A stretch of 64,000 bases of DNA from Haliotis cracherodii (lineage: Eukaryota): contig NW_027266275.1 of assembly GCF_022045235.1 (NCBI RefSeq), positions 28,086,001-28,150,000 on the forward strand, in the 5' to 3' direction. The translations under genes were made by a program, and so were the position numbers. Every line of letters begins with the position of its first letter. The first letter of the stretch is position 1. The notes under the pieces were generated by a model. That model was not told the DNA's origin, did no database searches, and was given only the letters and a program-made list of their open reading frames with translations. This document shows positions 25,669-37,800 of this stretch, piece by piece.

Positions 25669-26229
25669 GTAAGCATAGTACGTATACAGTAGGTTTCATC
25701 ACGTAATTGTCGATGTAGGGTCCAGATTTGCGCTTCCCCCCCCCCCCCCCCGGCTGGCATGGAAGATGTTTCAGTAACTTATTACTCACAAATGTATCGC
25801 AGATAAAATGCTCATTGCTAACAAACAGGAAGTGAGTAGTCAGTTCTGACACTTAAAGCCCATGTTTTGTTAATCAGTGGGAATTTATCAACAACAAAAA
25901 ATTGTGCCAGAAAATGCTACTAAAACAATTAAAACAAATTATGGTATCACAGATTTAACTGAAAAAATATCTAGTCGCAATATAAAATCAAATGGTCCAA
26001 CCCTTAATTTTCGGGAGTTGTGAGTACACACATGTATTCATACAGTTCAGTTCAATGCCTTTATCAAAGGCGTATACAGATGTATGTACGTCTATGCCAC
26101 TATCAAGCACCCACAGTATGTATTGTTTAGAAGATTTCACAGTTTGTTCCGTTTCGCTGTAGGATCCTTCTTCCTTCCTTGATCATTGATAGTTAAAGTT
26201 GTAACAAAAGGATCTTTTTTGAAGTTCAG

Positions 26230-29200
26230 ATGGCGTCAAAAGCCAATAAGGACCAAGACCCTTGCCTGGCACAGTCCAAACGACATCAACCAGGAGTTGA
26301 TCCACCACAGATCGATGTTACAGAACAGGTTACGCCATGCTGTGAAGTGGGTCATTGTGACGCGGAACGGTTGCGTGATGGTGCAGAAAGTGAGGATGTA
26401 GCCAGTGACGCAGCCAAACACAGTGCTGGGAGAAAGGATGAACACGGGGAAGCACATGAAGATCCTGGACGGAAGGACCACAAGCAGGAAGCACAGGAGG
26501 AGGAGATAGACGAATGCGGGGAAGTGTGTTCTCAAATACAGATTGATCAGCAACAGAATGAGTTGGAGGGAGAAGAGGATCTGTCACAGGAAACTGACAC
26601 TGCACATCGGAGAAGTGTGAAGCAGTCAGTGCTACGTGATGGAAATGGATTTCTGCGTCATGCTACTGGAGATGACAGTGGACCTGGGGAGCTACCCAGC
26701 CCCCGTGCCTCCTGTTCTGACATGAAGGAAGTGAAAGAATTACTCACGGTCGTGCTGAGTTTGCAAAATGTCCTTTTGGAAGAGGTTCGCATGTTGAAAG
26801 ATGAACACAGAAAGAATGCTGTGACAATGAACGAGGCGTTAGAGAGTCACAAGTCTGACTGTAGGACGTATACTGACAACCAGGTGCGATCCCTGGACTG
26901 TCGTCTCCACGGTCTGTCTGCGGTGCTGGACCACGTTCAGACGCGGTGCATGGAGGCCGAGCTAGCAAGGGAGACACACAGGCAGTCGGAGACGTTGTCC
27001 TCATCTGACGCCCTGGACGACGACGCGGGCGACGACAATGTCGGGACAAAAGCAGGTATGATTTTCTTGAGGTCGTACCTACACCAGATGTTCTGAACAC
27101 ACAATGCCATTTAGAAAGTGGTCAAAATGTAACAAATGTTATATCTGGGATAACACTTTCTTAGTAATGTACAGATTCTAGTATTTTTGAGGGTTGAGTC
27201 TCATCCGGGATTCGAACCCTCCACACTGCCATAGTCAGGTACCAACACACAAACTTAGCGATCTAACCCACTGAGCCACCGAGGCTTCCACAAAATGAAA
27301 GTCCGACAACTGGTAGTGTAGATCACATACTTTGTGTACCCCTCTGACCAGTGTAAATTGGCACGGCTCCTATGGCCGAAAGCTGTGAACCCACAATGCC
27401 ACTTGGAGTTATCCCCAATGTAACATTTGTTACACTACATACTGCATCTTTCACACATTCTGCAGGTAGGCATTACGGCACTACTTAGGCTCCGTACATC
27501 GATATCATCGTAGTATAACCTTTCCAAAACTAACAAGTATCGCTTAACCTGCTATGAAACAATCCATCATGAAATCAGCCCTACTTCACTATGGGTGTAT
27601 GACTGGCTTTGAAGACTGATTAGACCTATAATGGAACATTTCTGAACTTCCGTTCTGAAAAGAAATGTACACTGGCAGAAATAGTTAATGAAGTTTACTC
27701 AGTGAATTTCACTGTCCACTGTTCACTCAGACACGAACATGATTTTTCTAACCTGTTACAATAATATTTGCTAACTGGAGTGGTATAGGTGGCCTATTTT
27801 AGACTAGTACAATTTACTAATGCGTTAGTAGAGATTACTATCCATCTTTCAAAGAATCTTCTCATAATTTACTAACTGCAATAGATTCAGTTTATTCAGA
27901 ATTCCAGGCCATCTGACCCATAGTACATTATATACATCTAACATTTAATGGTGCATCTTAATATCTCATTTGATACGAGGAACTTTGTACAAACATTTTG
28001 ACAACTTGAGCATTTTTGGGGAATTTAAAGACGTACTCGTACATAAGTTTGCTGCAGCCAATATATAATTCGAATATGTGTATATTCTTCCAAGGACAAA
28101 TTACGTTCTCCTGCATTACATGGGTAATAAAATAATGCACGACTTTCATCTTCTATTACAAAACAGGTTTTACACAAAATTTCAGGATCAAATAATTCAC
28201 ATTTACCTTTACAGAAATTTTGTGTACCAAGAGAATTCATACTTGATTTAAATTTTGCCAAAGCTTTTTATATAACAAATAGAGCTAATATCTGTTAAAT
28301 AAAGTTCACATTCAAAGATAGATTTACATAAAGAGTAGATTCAAGCGATTTACGGTCACACAACGAGGCATGACGGATCTTCTTTTCCCCATTGTCAAGT
28401 GGTGTTTAACTGACAATTCTGTCATTCAAAGACAAAAAAAGAGCCATGGTTTAAGTTTAGTTTCACAATACAACGAAAAGTAAATGACAGGTAAATAAAA
28501 TATACAATTCTTGTTTTACACTGGCAAACTAACCTGCCTTCTCATTGTGAACATGCAATAAAGTTCATAAGTGTGTCAGTCATTAAAGTAACATTAACAA
28601 CGTTGTCAGGTCAATATGTAGCTAACACTCTGACTCATAACCATCTCCTTATTTCCTCAAAATGACGAGCCTGACACCGACAATGGCGGATGTGGGGAAT
28701 GTCACGTGGTCTTGACGCCGAAACTGAAATATGATACCCTTTCTCTCCGCCACTTCCGCGTGCAATGTACCAGGCAGGATAGTAAATTCGCTGTTTACTA
28801 ACCTGACCACTGTTGCTAATCAAGTTGGAAGAATTCACTTGACTTTTTGCTCAGTGTAGAATTACGGCTTCGATTTCATAAATTGATTAGGTTGTAAATG
28901 TTAAACTTACTTGGAAACAACATATTTTGGGGCATTGAACATTCAGACTAATGTTATTACTACTTGTTTGTTTTGCAGGTTTACCAGACAAAATTCACCA
29001 AGTAGAAAACAGATCATGGCTTCGTCAGAATCATTTGATGTTCATCAACAATTTGGATCCTAGAAATGGACTATTAATCGACAAACTTGTCCAAGACGAT
29101 GTCTTGTTTCAGTCTGACGAGGAGACAATTCGGTCCCACTCCACAAGAAAGTGTCAGGTCCGAGAACTCGTGTCTAGAATTAATCGATGTGATTCAGATC

Positions 29201-29586
29201 AGTTCCTGAAGTTCAAGAACCACTTGAATTCAGAATATCCTCATTTGGAGTGTCTCTCGTCTGCTGAGGACAAAGAGAAGAAGAAATTTAGAGAAAAGTG
29301 TGTCGTCTGCAACCTCACAAAGATCGTCGATGTTCATGACATTGTAGATCACATGTACCAACAGAAGTGCATTGATTCTTGTACATACGAAACAATATGG
29401 AGAAGAGACGTTTCTCAAGCGGGATGGTGTCATCTGCTTCAAGGGGTGACCAGAAGTGATTCCAAATGTACAGAAGCCCTGGTGGCCGCATTGTCCAGGA
29501 AGTATCCTGTGCTTGCTCAGCGTGTAGCGTGTGCACAAGGAGACGTGCTCACGTGCTGCTGTAGCAAGATTAAGAAGGAGCATTAG
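26230..29586 (+). CDS. acidic/coiled-coil protein with C-terminal tandem CARD/death-fold-like domains, ~477 aa
   Basis: Exons 26230-27055 (AG|GTATG donor, phase 1) and 28979-29586 (TTGCAG acceptor, phase 1) join in frame. The segment LRQNHLMFINNLDP..LIDKLVQDDVL..DEETIRS..TRKCQVRELVSRI..QFLKFKNHL..EYPHL has a typical CARD pattern; a second helical unit follows (IVDVHDIVDHMYQQKCI..ALVAALSRKYPVLA). AATAAA at 30003. Confidence 0.8.
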
Positions 29587-29715
29587 ACATTCACCAGTGG
29601 GAAAAAGGTCTCAGTAACGTTGTCTCTTGATGTAAAACATGTTCAGTCAGATTTTGTACCACATTCTCAATATCGAGAAAACTTCATGAACCTCAGATGG
29701 GCGTTTTGACAATGA

Positions 29716-29956
29716 TTTGTTTGTTTGTTTGTTTGTTTTTTAACGCCTCACGGTGGTTTGTAAATAATCGAGTCTGGGCGAGACAATCAAGTGATTGATA
29801 TCATGAACCACGCAACTTGGATACGATGACATGCATCAACCAAGTCAGCAGCCTGACCACCCGATCCTGTTAGTCGCCCCACACGACAAGCAAAGTCGCC
29901 TTTTACGGCAAGCATGGGTTGCTGAAGACCTATTTTATCCCAGATCTTCACGGGTC
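29716..29956 (-). mobile_element. headless SINE in the 3' UTR region of the CARD-like gene
   Basis: TSD cgttttgacaatga; 5' end GACCCGTGAAGATC; (AAAC)n tail. Confidence 0.85.
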
Positions 29957-30164
29957 GTTTTGACAATGAACGCACATTTGTTCAATTCTAATATGTTTCA
30001 GAAATAAAACGTAAAGGGTGTTTTCATAACGTTTTTGGTGGTCTTTACCCTTACGCTATACGGATCTAGAGATCGACAAAAGAAAAATGCGACTGTGTTG
30101 TTCAATCAGAAGACACACCAATGGCAGCGACAAATGGTACCTAGGAGTGTATGCGGTTAAGTGT

Positions 30165-30225
<61 letters not shown>

Positions 30226-30329
30226 CGTACGTGCGTGCACTCAGCATTGTGAATCCTACATCCAATTCTTACAGCCGTGTCTCGACCGACTTTCCAATCT
30301 CTATTATATATTCTTGTCCTGACGCACAC

Positions 30330-31505
30330 CCAAACAACAAGCGTCATAATCCTATTCCTGTCCATACACCCAAACAACCTGCATCACATTCCTATTCCCG
30401 TCAACAAACCCTAACAACCCGCGTCATAATCTTATTCCTGTCCCTACACCCTAACAACCCGCATCTCATTCCTATTCCTGTCCATACACCCAAACAACCC
30501 ACGTCATAATCTTATTCCTGTCCATACACCCAAACAACCCGCATCACATTCCTATTCCTGTCAACAAACCCTAACAACCCGTGTAATAATCTTATTCCTT
30601 TCCATACACTTAAACGACCAACGTCACATTCCTATTCCTGTCCATACACCAAAACAACCCGTGTAATAATCGTATTCCTTTCCATACACCCAAACAACCC
30701 GCATCACATTCCTATTCCCGTCAACAGACCCTAACAACCCGTGTAATAATCTTATTCCTTTCCATACACTTAAACGACCAACGTCACATTCCTATTCCTG
30801 TCCATACACCAAAACAACCCGTGTAATAATCGTATTCCTTTCCATACACCCAAACAACCCGCATCACATTCCTATTCCCGTCAACAGACCCTAACAACCC
30901 GTGTAATAATCTTATTGCTTTCCATACACCCAAACGACCCACGTCACATTCCTATTCCTGGCCATACACCCAAACAACCCGTGTTATAATCTTATTCCTT
31001 TCCATACACCCAAACAACCCGCATCACATTCCTATTCCTGTCCATACACCCAAACAACCCGTCATAATCTTATTCCTTTACATACACCCAAACGACCCAC
31101 GTCACATTCCTATTCCTGTCCATACACCCAAACAACCCGTGTAATAATCTTATTCCTTTCCATACACCCAAACAACCTGCATCACATTCCTTTTCCCGTC
31201 AACAAACCCTAACAACCCGTGTAATAATCTTATTCCTTTCAATACACCCAAACGACCCACGTCACATTCCTATTCCCGTCAACAAACCCTAACAACCCGC
31301 GTCATAATCTAATCCTTTTCATACACCCAAACAACAAGCAACATAATCATTTTCGTGTCGACAAACCCAAACAACAAGCGTCATAATCCTATTGCTGTCA
31401 ACACATCCAAACAACCTGCGTCACTTTCCTATACCTGTCAACACACCCTTACAACCCGCGTCACTTTCCTATACCTGTCCATATACCCAAACCACCCGCG
31501 TCACA
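30330..31505. repeat. ~40-bp minisatellite upstream of GGH-D
   Basis: About 29 units of cctattcctgtccatacacccaaacaacccg(c/t)(a/g)tca(c/t)a(t/a)t, with alternating variants. A (GT)n microsatellite precedes it at ~30160-30220. Confidence 0.92.
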
Positions 31506-31846
31506 TCCATAAAAACAATCTCGCCATATTCCTGTGTGGCCACAGTGAAGTATAACCATGTACATATTGCAGTGGCTATGTGTTATGTAGAACGGGGTAG
31601 GTATTATGTAGAACGGGGTAGGTATTATGTAGAACGGTGTGGGTCGTGACGAAGATATAGTTTCCTCCAGGAATAGCAACCGACGTCGTTGTCATGTAAT
31701 ACATTGCCAAGCCTCTAGGCAGGACTGCCATTTGTAACATGCATAGAACAGTTGAAGGGATACGGGTGTCCAACTCCCATCCTCCTGATACGAGGTGATC
31801 ACGTGGTGCCTGTGTTGGTGAACCACTGTTTCAGTGTACTGGGAGG

Positions 31847-34800
31847 ATGCATGGGAGCGTGGCGTGGTGGTTCGTGGTGCTGTGTGGCGGGGCCGCTTTG
31901 GCCGTTGAGGGAGCCACTGTTTGTACAGACAGACCGGTCATTGGTAAGTGTCCGACTCGTCCGGCAATGCTGGTAAACGGGGTATTTATACTTGGCTGTC
32001 TTGCAATGTTGCAATGCAGTAATGCATGCAGACAACATTTGTAAGACTCTTTGGGGGCATGGGTGGCTCTGTGGGTTAAGTGAGTGGGTGAATGTTGTTT
32101 TATGCCGCTTTTAGCAATATTCCAGCAAGATCACGTCGGGGGACACCAGAAATGGGCTTCACACAGTGTACCCATGTCGGGAATCGAACCCAGTTCCTCG
32201 GCGTGATAAGCGAACCCTGTGGGTTAAGGCGCCGCAAATCTAAGGGTTGGATGCCAGAGCCGCCCCGTTTATGATCCTTCGGTTGTCAGCACCATAACCA
32301 AACTCGTGGGTTTCACCAACGTGGTTGTCTAACGTTACGTCACCTTGGCCTTTCTCTCACAGTACGTGACCCGCCGTGGTGTAACTGAAGCGGCATAAAA
32401 CAATACATGGTTGTAAACTCAAACACGAAGAAAAGGTAAGAAGAAGAAAAGTCCTATGAAACATTGAATATAGATATACTCCAGTACAGTCCGACTTGTT
32501 GACAGGGATCATAGCCCAGGCTTCCAGCAGCAAGCGCCATGGAGACACCCTCATATCAGCCAACTACATCAAGTGCCTAGAACAGGCCGGGGCGAGGGTT
32601 GTACCCATTCGGTGAGCAAACTTTATAACTTTCATTTATTACATGGTACTGAAAGTTGAAGTGACAATTTCGATCGCATACAATTGAATAAACTTATTTA
32701 CTTACTCAAAGAGAGACACGCATAGCTCAGTGGTCTAAGGTGCGGCATTTCGCTTTACAGAGTAGTTTCCCTTGGCCTTATAAGGAGCCGTTGATCGTTG
32801 GTTCTAATCACAGATTCCCCCTGAAACCTTGTTTTTTCAGCACCATATCGAGGTCGTGGGTTTTGATAAAGTGGTACACATGTACGTCTATACGCTGATA
32901 AACCGTGTTATAACTGAAATACTGTTCAAAGCGGCGTTTAATCCAACTCGCTCACTGTCACAATGGTAAACCTGTTAAATCTACAAAATCATTCATGATA
33001 TAGGCCTACTATGTTACAGGGGGCACGGGTGGCCGCGATTCGCTGTGCAGAGTTGCGTCCTTTGGGCACGCCAGAAACCTACGATTGTGGGTTCGAATCC
33101 CGGTTCGCCCCGGTTATGTTTCTCGGTTTGTCCTCACCATACCCGTGCTCGTGGGTTTCACCGAAGTGGTAAACGTCTGAGACCTGCATCACTTCGGGCT
33201 TTCCTCCCTCATTCAGCTGACGCGTCGTGATATAACAGGAATAATGTTAAAAGCGGCGTTAAACCCAACTCACTCACTAACTCACTCACTACTATGTTAC
33301 AGTGCCATCTGAATGTCTGACATAAATTGTTTTGCAGTGTACGACAGACCCAACAGTACTATGAGCAACTTTTCTCCAAGATTAATGGGTAGGTCTTCGT
33401 TGAGTGGACGGTCATCCCCGGTTGTTTCTAAGTGTCATGATGGTGTTGGATTTAAACAGGTTTCACTGAATGTCAACCAAATACTGCAATATCGTATCTA
33501 GTCGTGAGTTCCTTTAGTCTTGGGGTTCGATTCCCGACATGGTGCAATGTGTGAAGCCAATTTCTGGTGTCCCCCGCCGTGATGTTGCTGGAATTGTGCT
33601 AAAAGCGGCGTAAAATCATACTCACTCACTCACTCCTTTAGTCTTTGCCTCAAGTAATGAAGATGCAAGTCCCGAAAGGTGTAAACTACTTATGTCATAC
33701 ACTATTCCAGTATTTCCTTGCCGTTTACAAGAGACAAGTGTACGCTGTTAGAAACAGAGTTGTTTATGCAGCGACATGATGGTTCACTACGGTAGGACTT
33801 GTGTGGTCGGCAATGTTGATTGTGTCTATACAGAAAAGTTATGTCACTTGAATTAGCACAAAACTGACTCGCGACCAGAGAATCAAATGTATGATGGTCG
33901 ATGCGTACAACACGTGCTGAATCTCCATATTTATTACCGCAATGACGATGAAATAAGATAACTTTTACGGCATGTTGAAATCAGATACCTTTACAGCATA
34001 GTGGAATCAGATAACGTTTATATCATGTTGAAATGAGATGCGTTTACGGCATGGTGAAATCAGATACCTTTACGGCTTGGGGGAAATCAGATTACGTCTA
34101 CGGCATGTGAAATCAGATGCGTTTATGGCGTGATGAAATCAAATACCTTTACGGCATGTTGAAATCAAATACCTTTACAGCATGGTGAAATCAGATGCGT
34201 TTACGGCATATTGAAATCAGATACCTTTACAGCATATGTTGAAATCAGATATTTGTACGGCATGTTCTAATATTAACTTCATGTACCAGCGCCCTGTTTC
34301 CGGGTGGCCACGTTAGCATCGTCTCCAGTGACTACTCCAAAACTGCCAGGATCATCTACGACTTGGCTGTTAAGGTACGTTGAGCATTTCCACAAATTAA
34401 AATCCCAGGTATTTGCGATATCATAGTAATACAACATGCGTATGGTGCCGAAGAACCGGGATTACAACGCGGCGACAACGGAACATATCACGACTAAGGG
34501 GCGTAACTCTTTATTACTTTATGCAGCGCCTTAAACCATTGAGCCACTCGTCTCTCAACTTAGTCCATTCTATGGAACCGTATTAGTGCCAATACAAAAA
34601 ATGTATCATCTTGGAAAAAGGATGCTTACATCAACGTACATAATATAGTAACCTACGTAAAAGAAGGAATCATCTACTAATGAGTTATCTATGAACACAT
34701 AATGCCACTTAGAAAGTGGTTCAAATTTAACAAATGTTATCCCAAATATACCATCTGTTACATCTGACCACTTTCTAAATGGTATTGTGTGCATAGGTTT

Positions 34801-37800
34801 CGGCCATGGGAGCCATGCCGATTTACACTTGTCAGAGGGGTACACAAAGTACATGATCTAGAGTACCAGTTGTCGGACTTGCATTTTTGTGGAAGCCTCG
34901 GTGGCTGAGTGGGTTAGATCGCTGACTTAAGGTGCCTGACTCTGACAGTGTGGGTTCGAATCATGCATTGGATTTAACCCCAAAAAGTACGAGAAGCTGT
35001 ACTTAATTGAGAAAGTGTTATCGACTTAGGTAAGAATATTTTAATAGAAATAAACACTAGTTACGGGTCAGTTATATATAACCTCTGGATTAATTAATAC
35101 TGACCGATATGTTTTTGACTTTCTGCACTGACATGTCTTTATTGAGGTACGATCTAAACATTGCATAAAGTAAATCCTCATTTCAAAGTGTCGAAGTTAC
35201 TGGAGAATGACACACGCCACACTCTCTTACGACCGTAAAAAAAGAGAAGAGAGCACAAAATGTTCCCCAAACTACAAACAAACAACTATTGCCCCGCTTA
35301 TACGGACTTTAGATATCCGGAAACCTCGGTTCCCGGTCGATTTTCATTCAAAACGAAATAATTACTATATACATTTACCCGTATATACGGAAATTCAGTT
35401 TCCGGAACCGGATGGTCATTTTCATACACAAAACACTGAAATGCACACAAAATTGTCTCACTTACCCGGACAATACACTTCCGCTGGTGGCAATCCTTTG
35501 ATTCGTGAGAAGACAATTAACCAAGTGACACTGAGTTACGTTTGAGACGAGCTTGTTTATTGTACATGTAATCCCCTTCGATAAATATGGCGTCTGGCGC
35601 CCATCTCAAAATCAGAAATTAAAAGTGTAAACAAACAAAAAATAACCAAAAAATGGCATAATCAATATCAAAACTCAAATAGCCAAATCAAAAAAGTGCT
35701 CAGAAAACCACTAGCCAAACCTAAAATCCTACACCCCTCTAAAAAAATTGACAGATTAATTACAAAACTCCAAACAGGACACACCAACCTAAATAACCAC
35801 CTAAAACAACTTAAAAGACACACCACAGGCAACTGCCCCCACTGCAAACAACCCGAAACCACAGAACACGCACTCATTCACTGCACCCACTATCAAACAC
35901 ACAGAACCACACTACAAACCGCCCTCAATCTAAATAAAGTTCCTACTCTAGATGAAATACTAAACCCTCAAAATAAACTAGAAAACTTCAAGGCCCTAGG
36001 CGTATTCCTAATCAAAACAGACCTAATTAAGCGCATCTAAAAATTAATTAATCTACCAATTCAAAATCCAATAAACATACAAACACCCACCTCACCCGGC
36101 TCCCTTAGTTCCCTCCTCCACCCACCTCGGCATTTATTCCAAATTTAAAAATTTCAAAAAATCAATATAAGCAACCCCTAAAAGCCCCCTCTTGGGTTGC
36201 ACACACCACTTTCACCCTTCTCGGAATACACTAAATGGTCCGACCAGGCCCGTGTGCGAAATACGCTGTAGTCGGAAAGCGCACGTTAAATCTTTTATAT
36301 CAGTCAGCCAGTAAAAAGCTGGTTTCAGTTAAACGGAATGTATTTCAAAATTTTAGCGAAAATATATATCAACCATAAGTCGGAGAATATGTTGATTCTC
36401 ATGATTTCTCTATCACGGAAATTAGGTTAGAGTGGTAAAACGTGAATATGAAGGAGTGAGAATCACCCAAACTATAGAAACTTTATCAAACCAAAACTCG
36501 TCATTATCATATGAATGAAGATACAATTCCGCAGTTTGTATTTTTTTATTTTAGAGCTTTTGTTTGACAATCTGAAATGATATGTTGTAAAAATACGGAA
36601 AAGGCCAAATAAAAATAAACGACCAAGATGCTCCCAAACATTTAATTAAATTAGCTGTAATTAACACGTTGATCTACGTAGATGATAAAAAATGAAACTG
36701 TGGCACTAATACGCTTCCATACTATTCCTAACACACGGGATGTGATTAGTATCAATAGCAGGGGATGTGGCGACGTTGTGATGATGGGTGTATCCGTCTA
36801 TAGATAACCGATTTACGTGTCGCTATTACTTAAAGACCAAGAGATAGGGTATGTTTATTTACCCCGAAAGGTCCATATGGTCTGAATACTTGTAACATTT
36901 GCATTATGTCTGGGCTATTCAAAAATATATTTCTTACAAAATATGTCTTGACCATTTTGCCAGTAGGGGGCGGTAAAGACTTGACTCCGCACTTTTTTCT
37001 GAAGGTGACAGTAGGTTTTCAGAGATGATCAGGATATGTATGTGTTACCTGTAGTGTTCAAATTCTATGTGAAAACAAATCTTTAAAGTTGATATTTTAT
37101 TTGAAAAATTAAAAAAATGACATTGTATTTAATTTATATATTTTTTACAGTCAAAATGGCAATTTGAGTTGTTTTTTTGTTAAACTTCAACTAACCAAAC
37201 TTTTCCACAAATTCATGAAACTTATGTTGATTTGGTTAAAATGGGGCATAGCCAGTATAAAACACTGCAAAAGTTATTCATTTTCTGACAAAATAGTGTT
37301 GGGCTTGTAAAGCAAAATTACTAAGAAAATTACAAGCTTTTATTACAGGAGTAAAAAGAAACAAAAGATGGTACTTTGCAAACAAAATCATAAATATTAT
37401 GATATTTCCTATCACAGATAAGACATTTTGCAATATTGTGTTCTTTTATAAAGTATATGCTCATACCTTCACTTCAATACCCAAATAACTTTAGTCATTC
37501 TCATTTTTTTATTAAACTTGTCGCATTTTTCTTTATCACATGGGCGCTAAAACAATTGCTGAGTCATGCTTTTTTATGGCATACTGTAAGGAAATGGTCA
37601 AGATACAATTTGTAAGAAATTGATTTTTCGAAAATATAATCAGTTTTCTTCATGATCCACATTTCAAACCTTTTGGACCTCTGAGGTAAAAACAGTCCAT
37701 TCTATCTCTTGGACTACTAAAGAATGAGACCACAGCCCCGTTCCACAAGGCGATCTTAGCGTTAAGGTGGCCTTAACTCCGATACTTTAGGCTAACAGTA

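Noticed and set aside
26236-27100. Antisense ORFs over the CARD-like gene
   Set aside because: Shadow frames of a GC-richer coding exon with no independent features.
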